The notes under the pieces: model-generated
The model's database searches: none
What the model was told of the DNA's origin: nothing
Seen by the model: only the letters and a program-made list of their open reading frames with translations
Position numbers and translations under genes: made by a program
Assembly (NCBI GenBank): GCA_964587835.1
Contig: CAZPMN010000001.1
Location: 22,232-86,231, forward strand
Reading direction: 5' to 3'
Source: an uncultured bacterium
GTDB taxonomy: Bacteria > Auribacterota > Erginobacteria > Erginobacterales > Erginobacteraceae
DNA: 64,000 nucleotides
Shown: positions 28,517-37,182 of the stretch, piece after piece
How the letters are laid out: each line of letters begins with the position of its first letter
Position numbering within the stretch: the first letter of the stretch is position 1

Positions 28517-28546
28517 CTGCTTACTGCTCACTGCTTACTGCTTACT
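28517..28546. repeat. Heptamer tract (4 units), inverted right arm
   Basis: GCTTACT GCTCACT GCTTACT GCTTACT. Confidence 0.9.
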
Positions 28547-28600
28547 TAGTTTTTGATTATCCATATACCATGGTCTTCACTTTATGACCTTGAATTTGCG

Positions 28601-29338
28601 ATGAAAGCGGGAGCAATAATAGTGGCGGCGGGGGAGGGGAGGCGGATGCGGGGACGGGATAAACTCTTCCATCCGCTGGGCCCGGATCCCCTTCTGGCGG
28701 TGACCATCCGGGCTTTTCAGGATCATCCCGGGATCGACGGTATTGTCCTGGTCGCCGGGGACCGGGTCCGGGAACGGTTCCGCAAGGAATTGCTCCCGAG
28801 GTACGGTTTTTCCAAGGTCCTGGCCGAGGTCGCCGGCGGCCGCCGCCGGCAGGGCTCCGTTTACCGCGGGCTCAAGGCCTTCGACCCGCCTCCGGAGCTG
28901 GTTTTGATCCACGATGGCGACCGACCCTTTGTCAGCCAAGAGAATATCTCCGCGGTTTTGGCCGGCGCCTCCTCCGGGGGAGCGATTGCCGCGGTGGCGG
29001 TTAAGGATACTGTGAAAAGAGTGGACTCCGATGGGTTGATCATCGATACTCCGGATCGGCAGCAGCTGCGCCTGGCCCAGACCCCACAGGGTTTCCCCTT
29101 TGCGGTGATTCTGGCCGCCCACGAAAGGGCTCGAGCGGCGGGTTGGGAGGTCACCGACGATGCTGCCCTGGCCGAGGGGGAGGGGATCCGGGTGCGCACG
29201 GTGTCCGGGAGCTACGATAACATCAAGATCACCACCCCGGAGGATCTGCTCCTGGCCGAGACGATCCACTCCCACCGGCAACAGGGTATTGAACCGCAAA
29301 GACGCAAAGAACGCAAAGGATCGCAGAGGGAGATTTAA
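28601..29338 (+). CDS. ispD: 2-C-methyl-D-erythritol 4-phosphate cytidylyltransferase
   Basis: AAGEGRRM, RQGSV, IHDGDRP, AQTPQGF, NIKITTPEDL. Confidence 0.93.
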   Translation: MKAGAIIVAAGEGRRMRGRDKLFHPLGPDPLLAVTIRAFQDHPGIDGIVLVAGDRVRERFRKELLPRYGFSKVLAEVAGGRRRQGSVYRGLKAFDPPPELVLIHDGDRPFVSQENISAVLAGASSGGAIAAVAVKDTVKRVDSDGLIIDTPDRQQLRLAQTPQGFPFAVILAAHERARAAGWEVTDDAALAEGEGIRVRTVSGSYDNIKITTPEDLLLAETIHSHRQQGIEPQRRKERKGSQREI

Positions 29339-29633
29339 AGTACAAGTTCGGGGGTACTATCTATCTGAAATCCGCCGGGTTGTTAAAAGTTCAAGCGTTT
29401 GGAGAAGCGATCCCAATCCTCCCGCCGGGCAATTTGCCTTTTGGCCGGGTGAGTTTGCTTCGTCCCCCTCACTCCGTTCGGGGACCTCGCAATGACCGGA
29501 TTATTGACAATAAATATAATTGCTGGACATACCCTGTCACCTTGCCTGTTCAAAAGCTGTTCGGAACCGGATACTATAAAATTTCCTTTCTTTGCGTTCT
29601 TTGCGTTCTTTGCGTTCTTTGCGTCTTTGCGGT
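29293..29633. mobile_element. Nonamer-repeat inverted-repeat element between ispD and ispF
   Basis: ACCGCAAAGACGCAAAGAACGCAAAG at 29293-29318 and its exact reverse complement at 29608-29633. Confidence 0.75.
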
Positions 29634-29660
29634 GAATATTTTTTCTTCTGAAAGGTAATT

Positions 29661-30140
29661 ATGAGAGTGGGGATCGGATATGACATTCACCGCCTGGTCG
29701 AGGGGCGGAAACTGGTCCTGGGGGGGGTGGAGTTGGAATCCGACCGGGGTCTGCTCGGGCACTCCGATGCCGACGTCCTCACCCACGCGGTCTGCGACGC
29801 CCTGCTGGGTGCGGCCGGGCTGGGGGATATCGGCCGGCATTTTCCCGACACCGACGAGCACTATCGGGGGATCTCCAGCCTGAAGCTGCTGACCGAGGTC
29901 GCGAATATGATCGCGGAAAGAAGGCTCCGGGTCGAGAATATCGACGTCGTCGTGGTCTTAGAACGGCCCAAAATTGCCCCCCTGGCCGGAGAGATGGCCC
30001 AGAACCTGGCCGGGGCGCTGGGGATCGAACCGGAGAGGATCAATATCAAGGCCGCCACCAACGAAAAGCTAGACGCGGTTGGTTCCGGAGAGGCGATCGC
30101 CGCCTGGACGGTCGCCGGGCTGAAAGAGGAAGGAGAGTGA
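29661..30140 (+). CDS. ispF: 2-C-methyl-D-erythritol 2,4-cyclodiphosphate synthase
   Basis: RVGIGYDIH, GHSDADV, GDIGRHFPD. Confidence 0.97.
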   Translation: MRVGIGYDIHRLVEGRKLVLGGVELESDRGLLGHSDADVLTHAVCDALLGAAGLGDIGRHFPDTDEHYRGISSLKLLTEVANMIAERRLRVENIDVVVVLERPKIAPLAGEMAQNLAGALGIEPERINIKAATNEKLDAVGSGEAIAAWTVAGLKEEGE

Positions 30141-31624
30141 TGGCCGACCTTTATCTCTACAATACCAGAACCAGGAAGAAAGAGCTCTTCCAGCCCCTGG
30201 AGCCGGACCGGGTCCGAATGTATGTCTGCGGGGTTACCGTTTACGATTACTGCCATCTCGGTCACGCCCGCTGTTACGTGGCCTTCGACATCGTTCACCG
30301 ATACCTCGAGTATCTCGGTTACCGGGTCACCTACGTTCAGAACATCACCGATCTCGACGACAAACTGATCTCCCGGGCCCGGCAGGAAGGCGGAGGGGGG
30401 GGAATCAAGCAGCGGGTGGCCCGGCTGGCGCAGAAGTTCACCCGAGCCTACTTCGAGGATATGGACCGGCTGAATATCCTCCGCGCCGATGCCTATCCCA
30501 TGGCCACCGCGAATATCCACCGGATGCAGGAGATCATCTCCGTTCTCCTCGAAAAGGGGGTTGCCTACCGGCGGGGAGGGGACGTCTACTTCGAGGTGGC
30601 CGCCTTCCCCGGCTACGGCGAGCTCTCCGGCAAAAAGCCAGAAGACCTGCGGTCGGGGGCCCGGGTGGCGGTGGACGAGAAGAAGAAAAGCCCGCTCGAC
30701 TTCGCCCTCTGGAAAGAAGCGGTGGAGGGAGAGCCGGCCTGGTCCAGCCCCTGGGGCCCGGGGCGCCCCGGCTGGCATATCGAGTGCAGCGCGATGAGCA
30801 TCAAGCTGCTCGGGGAGACCTTCGACATCCACGGGGGCGGCCAGGACCTGGTCTTCCCCCACCACGAGAACGAACGGGCCCAGTCAGAGGCGTTTTCCGG
30901 CAAGCCCTTTGCCCGCTACTGGTTGCACAACGGATTCGTCACCATCAACCAGGAGAAGATGTCAAAGTCGCTGGGCAACGTCTTCAATCTGCGGGATATC
31001 TTCCGGTCCTTCCCCCCCCGGGTGGTCAGGTTCTTCCTCCTCGGCCAGCATTACCGCTCTCCCGTCGACTACAGCGCCGAGGCCCTTCAGGAAGCCGGTC
31101 GGGCCCTCTTCCGAATTGATAATTGTTATGGGATGGCCCGGATGAGCGGAGAGGACATTTTTTCTCTTCCTCCGGATCCGGAGGTTATGAGTAACTTCAA
31201 TGCGGCGATGAGCGATGATTTCAACACCGCCGCCGCCCTGGCCGGTGTTTACAAAATTGTCGAGGAATACTACAAGAACTATCGAAAGCCGAAATGGCCG
31301 GCCGGCTTGCCCTCCCGGCTGTCGGCGGTTAACCAGATCTGCGGCGTGCTCGGGGTCGACCTGGTTGATCCGATCCACGAGCTGCCCCCGATTGCCAGGA
31401 TTTCCGATTACCCGGGATTGGCTGATCGGATCATTAGGGAGAATAAGTTGACCGAGGGGAATCTTCAGGCGCTGGTTTCCTGCCGGGAGTGGGCCCGGCA
31501 AGAGGAGAACTGGGAGCTTTCGGACCGGATCCGCGATTACCTGAAAGAACGGGGGGTGGCGGTAATGGACCGGAAGGGAAAGAGTACCGCCGCGGTTTAT
31601 TACCCAGAACAACTCGACCGGTAA
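30140..31624 (+). CDS. cysS: Cysteine--tRNA ligase
   Basis: CGVTVYDYCHLGH, PGWHIECSAM, HHENE, KMSKS. Confidence 0.97.
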   Translation: MADLYLYNTRTRKKELFQPLEPDRVRMYVCGVTVYDYCHLGHARCYVAFDIVHRYLEYLGYRVTYVQNITDLDDKLISRARQEGGGGGIKQRVARLAQKFTRAYFEDMDRLNILRADAYPMATANIHRMQEIISVLLEKGVAYRRGGDVYFEVAAFPGYGELSGKKPEDLRSGARVAVDEKKKSPLDFALWKEAVEGEPAWSSPWGPGRPGWHIECSAMSIKLLGETFDIHGGGQDLVFPHHENERAQSEAFSGKPFARYWLHNGFVTINQEKMSKSLGNVFNLRDIFRSFPPRVVRFFLLGQHYRSPVDYSAEALQEAGRALFRIDNCYGMARMSGEDIFSLPPDPEVMSNFNAAMSDDFNTAAALAGVYKIVEEYYKNYRKPKWPAGLPSRLSAVNQICGVLGVDLVDPIHELPPIARISDYPGLADRIIRENKLTEGNLQALVSCREWARQEENWELSDRIRDYLKERGVAVMDRKGKSTAAVYYPEQLDR

Positions 31625-31647
31625 TTAAAGCCAGGAGAGCGGAATAA

Positions 31648-31763
31648 CCAATATTCAACAAGGAATATCCAATGAAGAAGGAAAGCCGGTGCGCCATTCG
31701 GCGCGCCCGGCTGGCTGTGCCGCCCTTGGTTATTGGATATTCCTTGTTGGCTGTTGGATATTG
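31648..31763. repeat. AT-rich inverted-repeat element with internal GC hairpin
   Basis: 18-bp perfect IR CAACAAGGAATATCCAAT 31656-31673 / 31732-31749. Confidence 0.8.
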
Positions 31764-31792
31764 AAAAAGGCGAAGAGCCCAAGACTGGCTAA

Positions 31793-31899
31793 GGTTAGGG
31801 TTACGAAGCCCGTATCGGTCAGGGTAACGGTTACGGAAAAACCCGGGCCCGCCTGACCCCTAACCGTAACCGAAACGGGCCTCTTAGCCCTAACCGTAA
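31793..31899. repeat. Hexamer-based (GGTTAG/GGTTAC/GGTAAC) imperfect inverted repeat
   Basis: GGTTAGGG/CCCTAACC, GCCCGT/ACGGGC and GGTCAG/CTGACC arm pairs. Confidence 0.65.
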
Positions 31900-31919
31900 A
31901 AGTTCATTACGGAGGTACA

Positions 31920-32570
31920 ATGAAGGGAACATTCATAACTTTCGAAGGCGGAGAGGGGAGCGGAAAGAGTACCCAGGCCCGGCTCCTGGCCGGATACTTG
32001 AAACAGAAGGGATACGACGTGCTGGCCACCCGGGAACCGGGGGGAACCGAGATCGGGGACGCCATCCGGGCCATCCTCCTCAGCCCGGAATGTTCGGAGA
32101 TGGGGAATGTAACCGAGCTGCTGCTCCTGGCGGCCAGCCGGGCCCAGAATGTCTGCGAAAGGATCAAGCCGGGTCTGGAGAGGGGAGCGGTGGTGATCTG
32201 CGACCGCTTCATCGACAGTACCCTGGCCTACCAGGGCTACGGGCGGAATTTCGATCTCAATCTCCTGGAGGCCCTCAACCGTCTCGCCACCGGTGGAGTT
32301 ACCCCGGACCTGACCATCCTGCTCGATCTGCCGGTGGAGACTGGTTTGCAACGGGCAAAGGATCTCGACAAGCTGGAGTCGAAATCCGGGGAGGGTGACC
32401 GGATCGAGCAGCTGGATATCGAATTTCACCGGCGGTTGAGAAAGGGCTTCCTGGAACTGGCCGCCCGGGAACCGGACCGCTTCCGGGTTCTGGAGATCAC
32501 CGAAGGCATCGAAGCCACCCAGGAGAAAGTGGCGGCCATCGTGGAAGAGTTCTTAGAGGGCCGGGGGTAG
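31920..32570 (+). CDS. tmk: Thymidylate kinase
   Basis: FEGGEGSGKST, TREPGGT, DRFIDSTLAYQG. Confidence 0.97.
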   Translation: MKGTFITFEGGEGSGKSTQARLLAGYLKQKGYDVLATREPGGTEIGDAIRAILLSPECSEMGNVTELLLLAASRAQNVCERIKPGLERGAVVICDRFIDSTLAYQGYGRNFDLNLLEALNRLATGGVTPDLTILLDLPVETGLQRAKDLDKLESKSGEGDRIEQLDIEFHRRLRKGFLELAAREPDRFRVLEITEGIEATQEKVAAIVEEFLEGRG

Positions 32571-32574
32571 CCCG

Positions 32575-33729
32575 GTGCCGTTCGCGATGCTTTGGGAGAC
32601 CGTCCAGGGACAGGCGAGAGCGGTTGACCTTCTCCGGCGGTCGATCAGCCAGGATCGGGTGGTCAGCGGATATCTCTTCACTGGGCCCGAAGGGGTGGGG
32701 AAGTCCCTGGCCGCCACGGTCTTCGCCCAGGCCCTGAACTGTCCGGTCCGGCCCGGCCAGGGTTGCGGGGAATGCCCGGCCTGTCGGGAAATCGCCCAAG
32801 GGGGGTATCCCGATCTCCACCGTCTGACTCCCTCCAGTAAGTCACGGTTGATCACCGTCGACCAGATCCGGGAGATGCGCCGCTCGGTTTATCAGTCCGC
32901 CCGAGGCGATAACTGGAAGATCTTCCTGCTGGAGGAGGCTGATCGGATGAACCTGGCGGCCCAGAACGCCTTCCTCAAAACACTGGAAGAACCCCCGCCG
33001 AAAACGGTTCTGATCCTGATCACGTCCCAGCCGGGACGGCTTCTCTCCACCATCCGGAGCCGCTGCCAAGTGGTTTCCTTCGCCGCCTGGCCTCTGACCT
33101 TGATGAAGCCGTTTATCGAAGAGAGAACCGAACTGTCCGGGGATCAGTGCGCCGTTCTTCACGCTCTCTCCGCCGGCTGTCCCGGCCGGGCGCTCCGCTA
33201 CCATCGCGAAGATATTTTGGAAACCCGCCGGGAGGTTATCGGCCCCCTGTTCGACGGCCCGCCACTCTCCGCCCGGGCGGTTTCCGAACTGGCCGAGACT
33301 TGGCTCGATATCTGTGATCGGATTGGCCGGGCCGCGGGCCGACACTTGAAGAAAGAAGTAACCCGGCGGGATCAGGACCTGGACGCGAGGAGCCGCCAGG
33401 AACTGGAGAAACAGGATAAAGCCCGGATCGCCGCCGCCGAACTGGCTGGGCTGGATCTGATTTTTCAATTGATCTTCATCTGGATACGTGATTTGTTTCT
33501 CTACTCCTCGCTCGGCCCGCCGGCTCCCCTGATCAACCGGGACCTTTCCGACCAGGTGGCCCGCTCGGCCCGGCGGTTCACCGTTGAACGTCTCCGACTG
33601 CTACCGGGAAAGATCGCCGAAAGCCACCGGTGGGCGGTTCGGGCGGTCGGGCGGTCGTCCCGCCGTCTGGTTTTGGAAAATATGCTGATTGAACTCGGTT
33701 TCTGGATCCCCAGCCGTCGGGCCGGGTGA
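32575..33729 (+). CDS. holB: DNA polymerase III delta-prime subunit
   Basis: GPEGVGK, CGECPAC, AQNAFLKTLEEPP, TIRSRC. Confidence 0.92.
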   Translation: MPFAMLWETVQGQARAVDLLRRSISQDRVVSGYLFTGPEGVGKSLAATVFAQALNCPVRPGQGCGECPACREIAQGGYPDLHRLTPSSKSRLITVDQIREMRRSVYQSARGDNWKIFLLEEADRMNLAAQNAFLKTLEEPPPKTVLILITSQPGRLLSTIRSRCQVVSFAAWPLTLMKPFIEERTELSGDQCAVLHALSAGCPGRALRYHREDILETRREVIGPLFDGPPLSARAVSELAETWLDICDRIGRAAGRHLKKEVTRRDQDLDARSRQELEKQDKARIAAAELAGLDLIFQLIFIWIRDLFLYSSLGPPAPLINRDLSDQVARSARRFTVERLRLLPGKIAESHRWAVRAVGRSSRRLVLENMLIELGFWIPSRRAG

Positions 33730-33776
33730 GAGAGAGTCCTTCCGAGAATAGACAATCCGGATCCCGTTTTCCAAAT

Positions 33777-34580
33777 ATGACGACACTGGCTCGAATAAAA
33801 AGACGGTCTCACGGCCGGGACCTTTTCTACCGGATGGAGGGTATCGATCTTCGCGTCGGCGATCACTGTATCGTCGAAGTGGAGAGGGGGGTGGATTACG
33901 GCAAGGTGATGGCCCTGAAGGATGAGGCGGCGGCGGCCGACCAGAAGAAACCACCCAAGCGGGTTATCCGGGTGATGACGGAGAACGATCACCGGGTGGT
34001 GGAGGAGAACCGCCTCGCCGCCGGCCAGGCCTTTGTCACCTGCCACCAGAAGATCGCGGAGAAAAAGATCGCGATGAAACTGGTGACGGCGGAATATTCC
34101 TTCGATCGCAGCCGACTGCTGTTTTACTTTACCGCCGAGGGGAGGGTTGATTTTCGGGAATTGGTCCGGGACTTGGCCGCCATTTTCAAAACCCGGATTG
34201 AGCTGCGGCAGATCGGGGTCAGGGACGAATCGAGGATGCGGGGCGGGATCGGGATCTGCGGGCGGGAACTCTGCTGCAGTTCTTTCATCCGCAAGTTTGA
34301 TCCGGTCAATGTCCGGATGGCCCGGAACCAGCGCCAGCCTCTCGATCCGGAGAAGATTTCCGGAGTCTGCGGGCGGCTCTTCTGTTGCCTGCGTTACGAA
34401 GATGAGTTCTACCGGGAGGCCGGGAAACGGTTCCCCCGGGATGGGGATGAGGTGGAAACTCCCGGAGGCTCGGGCCGGGTGATCGACCTGAATTTCCTCA
34501 CCGAGACTGTGACGGTCGAACTGGAAGAGGACCTGAAACTGGAATTCAAGATCTCGGAGATCAGGCAGAGACGACGGTGA
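33777..34580 (+). CDS. ricT: PSP1/RicT (YaaT) family protein
   Basis: FYFTAEGRVDFRELV, RIELRQIGVRD, GICGRELCC, CGRLFCCL. Confidence 0.92.
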   Translation: MTTLARIKRRSHGRDLFYRMEGIDLRVGDHCIVEVERGVDYGKVMALKDEAAAADQKKPPKRVIRVMTENDHRVVEENRLAAGQAFVTCHQKIAEKKIAMKLVTAEYSFDRSRLLFYFTAEGRVDFRELVRDLAAIFKTRIELRQIGVRDESRMRGGIGICGRELCCSSFIRKFDPVNVRMARNQRQPLDPEKISGVCGRLFCCLRYEDEFYREAGKRFPRDGDEVETPGGSGRVIDLNFLTETVTVELEEDLKLEFKISEIRQRRR

Positions 34581-34635
34581 CTCCCGGCCCGATCAGCCGG
34601 CGTTTCCGGTGCCGGCGCCGGGACCGGGTTTGATT

Positions 34636-36204
34636 ATGAGCGGTAAATACTACATCACCACCCCGATCTATTACGTCAACGACCAGCCGCACATCGGTCA
34701 CGCTTACACCACCATTGCCGCCGATGTTCTGGCCCGATATCACCGGCTGGCCGGCCGAGACGTCCGTTTTCTGACCGGGACCGACGAGCACGGGATCAAG
34801 ATCTGCCGGGCGGCCGGAGAGGAGGGAATTACCCCGGGCCAGCTCGCCGAGCGGGTGGTAGTTCACTTCCGTGATCTCTGGCAGCGGCTGGAGATAAGTT
34901 CCGACGACTTCATCCGTACCAGTCAGGACCGGCATCGTAACCGCGTCCGGGAACTGGTCCGCCAGCTGGTGGACCGGGATCAAATTTATCTCGGCACCTA
35001 CGACGGCTGGTACGATGAGGGCCAGGAGGAGTACGTGACGGAGAACGCCGCCCGGGAAAACGACTATCTCAGCCCGATCAGCGGGCGGCCCCTGGTTCGT
35101 CACCGCGAGGAGAGTTATTTCTTCCGCCTGAGCCGCTGGATCGAACCGTTGATCTCCCATATTGAAGCCCACCCGGAATTCATTCTTCCCGCCAGCCGCC
35201 GGAACGAGGTGCTGAGCAAGCTTCGGCTGGGGGCGGAAGATCTGTGCATCTCGCGCCAGGCGGACAAGCTGATGAATTGGGGTGTCCCGATGCCCAATGA
35301 TCCCCGCTACAGCGTCTATGTCTGGATTGACGCTCTTTCCAATTACGTTACCGCCCTCGGATATCCCCCGCTGGACGACGGAGAGAAAAATCTCTTCCGG
35401 ACCTACTGGCCGGCCGACGTCCATCTGATCGGGAAGGATATTCTCTGGTTTCACGCGGTTTACTGGCCCTGTCTCCTGATGGCTCTCAATCTTCCCCTGC
35501 CGGTTACCGTCTTTGCTCACGGCTGGTGGCTCAATCGAGGCCGGAAGATGTCCAAATCCCTGGGAAATTTCATCTCCCGGGAGAATATCGAGAAGATCTG
35601 TTCCGATCTATCTCCCGATTACTTCCGTTACTTCCTCCTGCGCGTTGTCCGGTTCGGCGATGACGGGAATTTTTCCAGTGAACAGCTCAAGGAGATCTAC
35701 AATACCGAACTGGCCAATGGTATCGGCAACCTGCTCAGCCGGACGGTCAAGATGGTGGAGAAGTATCTCTCCGGAAACGTTCCGCCGGTTCCGGCCGGCG
35801 GGGAGGCGGGCAGGGAAGAAGTTGCCGCCGCCGCCCGGAAGTTGATAGAATCGGTGTCCGTCTGGATGAGCCGGCTGGAGTTCCAGGCCTATCTCGGAGC
35901 CGTCGTCGAGTTGGAGACTGCGGTCAACCGGTATATCGAGGTCAATAAACCTTACGCTCTGGCCCGGGAAAACCCCTCCTCACCCCGGCTGGCGGAGATT
36001 CTCGGAAACTGTGCCGAGGCGGTTCGGATAATTCTCCTCCATCTGCTGCCGGTGATGCCGGAAAAGGCGAGAGAGGGACTGGAAGCGCTGGGAGTCGATA
36101 CTGGTGGGGATGGCGAATTTGCCTATCCTCCGCGCTGGGGAGGGTACCGGTGGAGACGTCCGGTTAAAAAGGGGCGCCCCCTCTTCCCCCGGTGTGAAAT
36201 TTAA
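34636..36204 (+). CDS. metG: Methionine--tRNA ligase (short form)
   Basis: TPIYYVN, HIGH, YVWIDAL, KMSKS; no C-terminal tRNA-binding domain. Confidence 0.95.
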   Translation: MSGKYYITTPIYYVNDQPHIGHAYTTIAADVLARYHRLAGRDVRFLTGTDEHGIKICRAAGEEGITPGQLAERVVVHFRDLWQRLEISSDDFIRTSQDRHRNRVRELVRQLVDRDQIYLGTYDGWYDEGQEEYVTENAARENDYLSPISGRPLVRHREESYFFRLSRWIEPLISHIEAHPEFILPASRRNEVLSKLRLGAEDLCISRQADKLMNWGVPMPNDPRYSVYVWIDALSNYVTALGYPPLDDGEKNLFRTYWPADVHLIGKDILWFHAVYWPCLLMALNLPLPVTVFAHGWWLNRGRKMSKSLGNFISRENIEKICSDLSPDYFRYFLLRVVRFGDDGNFSSEQLKEIYNTELANGIGNLLSRTVKMVEKYLSGNVPPVPAGGEAGREEVAAAARKLIESVSVWMSRLEFQAYLGAVVELETAVNRYIEVNKPYALARENPSSPRLAEILGNCAEAVRIILLHLLPVMPEKAREGLEALGVDTGGDGEFAYPPRWGGYRWRRPVKKGRPLFPRCEI

Positions 36205-36225
36205 AGCATCAACCAGGTTAAGAAA

Positions 36226-37182
36226 ATGATTATGCTGACCGGCGGGGCCGGGTTCATCGGCTCCCACCTGACCCCGGCCCTTTTGGAATCGGGCCATCGG
36301 ATCGTTATAGTCGACGATTTCAACGACTATTACGCTCCGGCCCGCAAACGGGCCAACCTGCAGGGAATTATCAATCATCCCCACCTCGAGGTGGTGGAGG
36401 CCGATATCCGCGATCGGGAGACGATGGAAGATCTCTTCGCTCGTTATCGGTTCTCGGCCGTAATTCACTTGGCCGCGCGCGCCGGAGTCCGCCCGTCCCT
36501 TGCCCGACCGCTTCTTTACCAGGATGTCAACGTGGGCGGGACCCTGGTTCTCCTGGAAGCGGCCCGGAAGGCGGGGACGGGAAAATTCATCTTTGCCTCG
36601 TCTTCCTCGGTCTACGGGGACTGCCCCCGGATGCCTCTGAGGGAGGATGAGCCGGACCTGGAGCCGGTTTCACCCTACGGCCTGACCAAGCTGACCGGAG
36701 AACACGTCTGCCGGGTCTTTCACCGGCAGTACGGGATCCGGATCGCCGCCCTGAGATTCTTCACCGTCTTCGGTCCCCGCCAGCGCCCGGATATGGCCAT
36801 TCATCTTTTCAGTCGTCGGATTATCTCCGGAGAGGAGATCCCAGTTTACGGCGACGGTTCTTCCCGGCGGGATTACACCTATATTGACGATATCATCTCC
36901 GGAATCCGGTCCGCCCTGGAGGCCGATCTGGATTTCGAGGTTTTTAACCTGGGTGGCGGCCATTCCATATCCTTGCTGGGGCTGATTACCCTTCTGGGGG
37001 AGAAACTGGGACGCCGTCCGGTTCTTAAGCATTATCCCTTTCAGCCCGGCGATGTGGTCGCTACCCTGGCCGATGTCTCCAAGGCCCGGCGGATGCTTGG
37101 TTACCGCCCGGCCACCTCGCTCTCCCGAGGACTGGACGCCTTCATAGATTGGTTTAATTACCAGGAGGCATCCCCGGTATGA
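36226..37182 (+). CDS. NAD-dependent nucleotide-sugar epimerase (UDP-glucuronate 4-epimerase-like)
   Basis: TGGAGFIG, HLAARAGVR, YGLTK, RFFTVFGPRQRPDMA. Confidence 0.88.
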   Translation: MIMLTGGAGFIGSHLTPALLESGHRIVIVDDFNDYYAPARKRANLQGIINHPHLEVVEADIRDRETMEDLFARYRFSAVIHLAARAGVRPSLARPLLYQDVNVGGTLVLLEAARKAGTGKFIFASSSSVYGDCPRMPLREDEPDLEPVSPYGLTKLTGEHVCRVFHRQYGIRIAALRFFTVFGPRQRPDMAIHLFSRRIISGEEIPVYGDGSSRRDYTYIDDIISGIRSALEADLDFEVFNLGGGHSISLLGLITLLGEKLGRRPVLKHYPFQPGDVVATLADVSKARRMLGYRPATSLSRGLDAFIDWFNYQEASPV

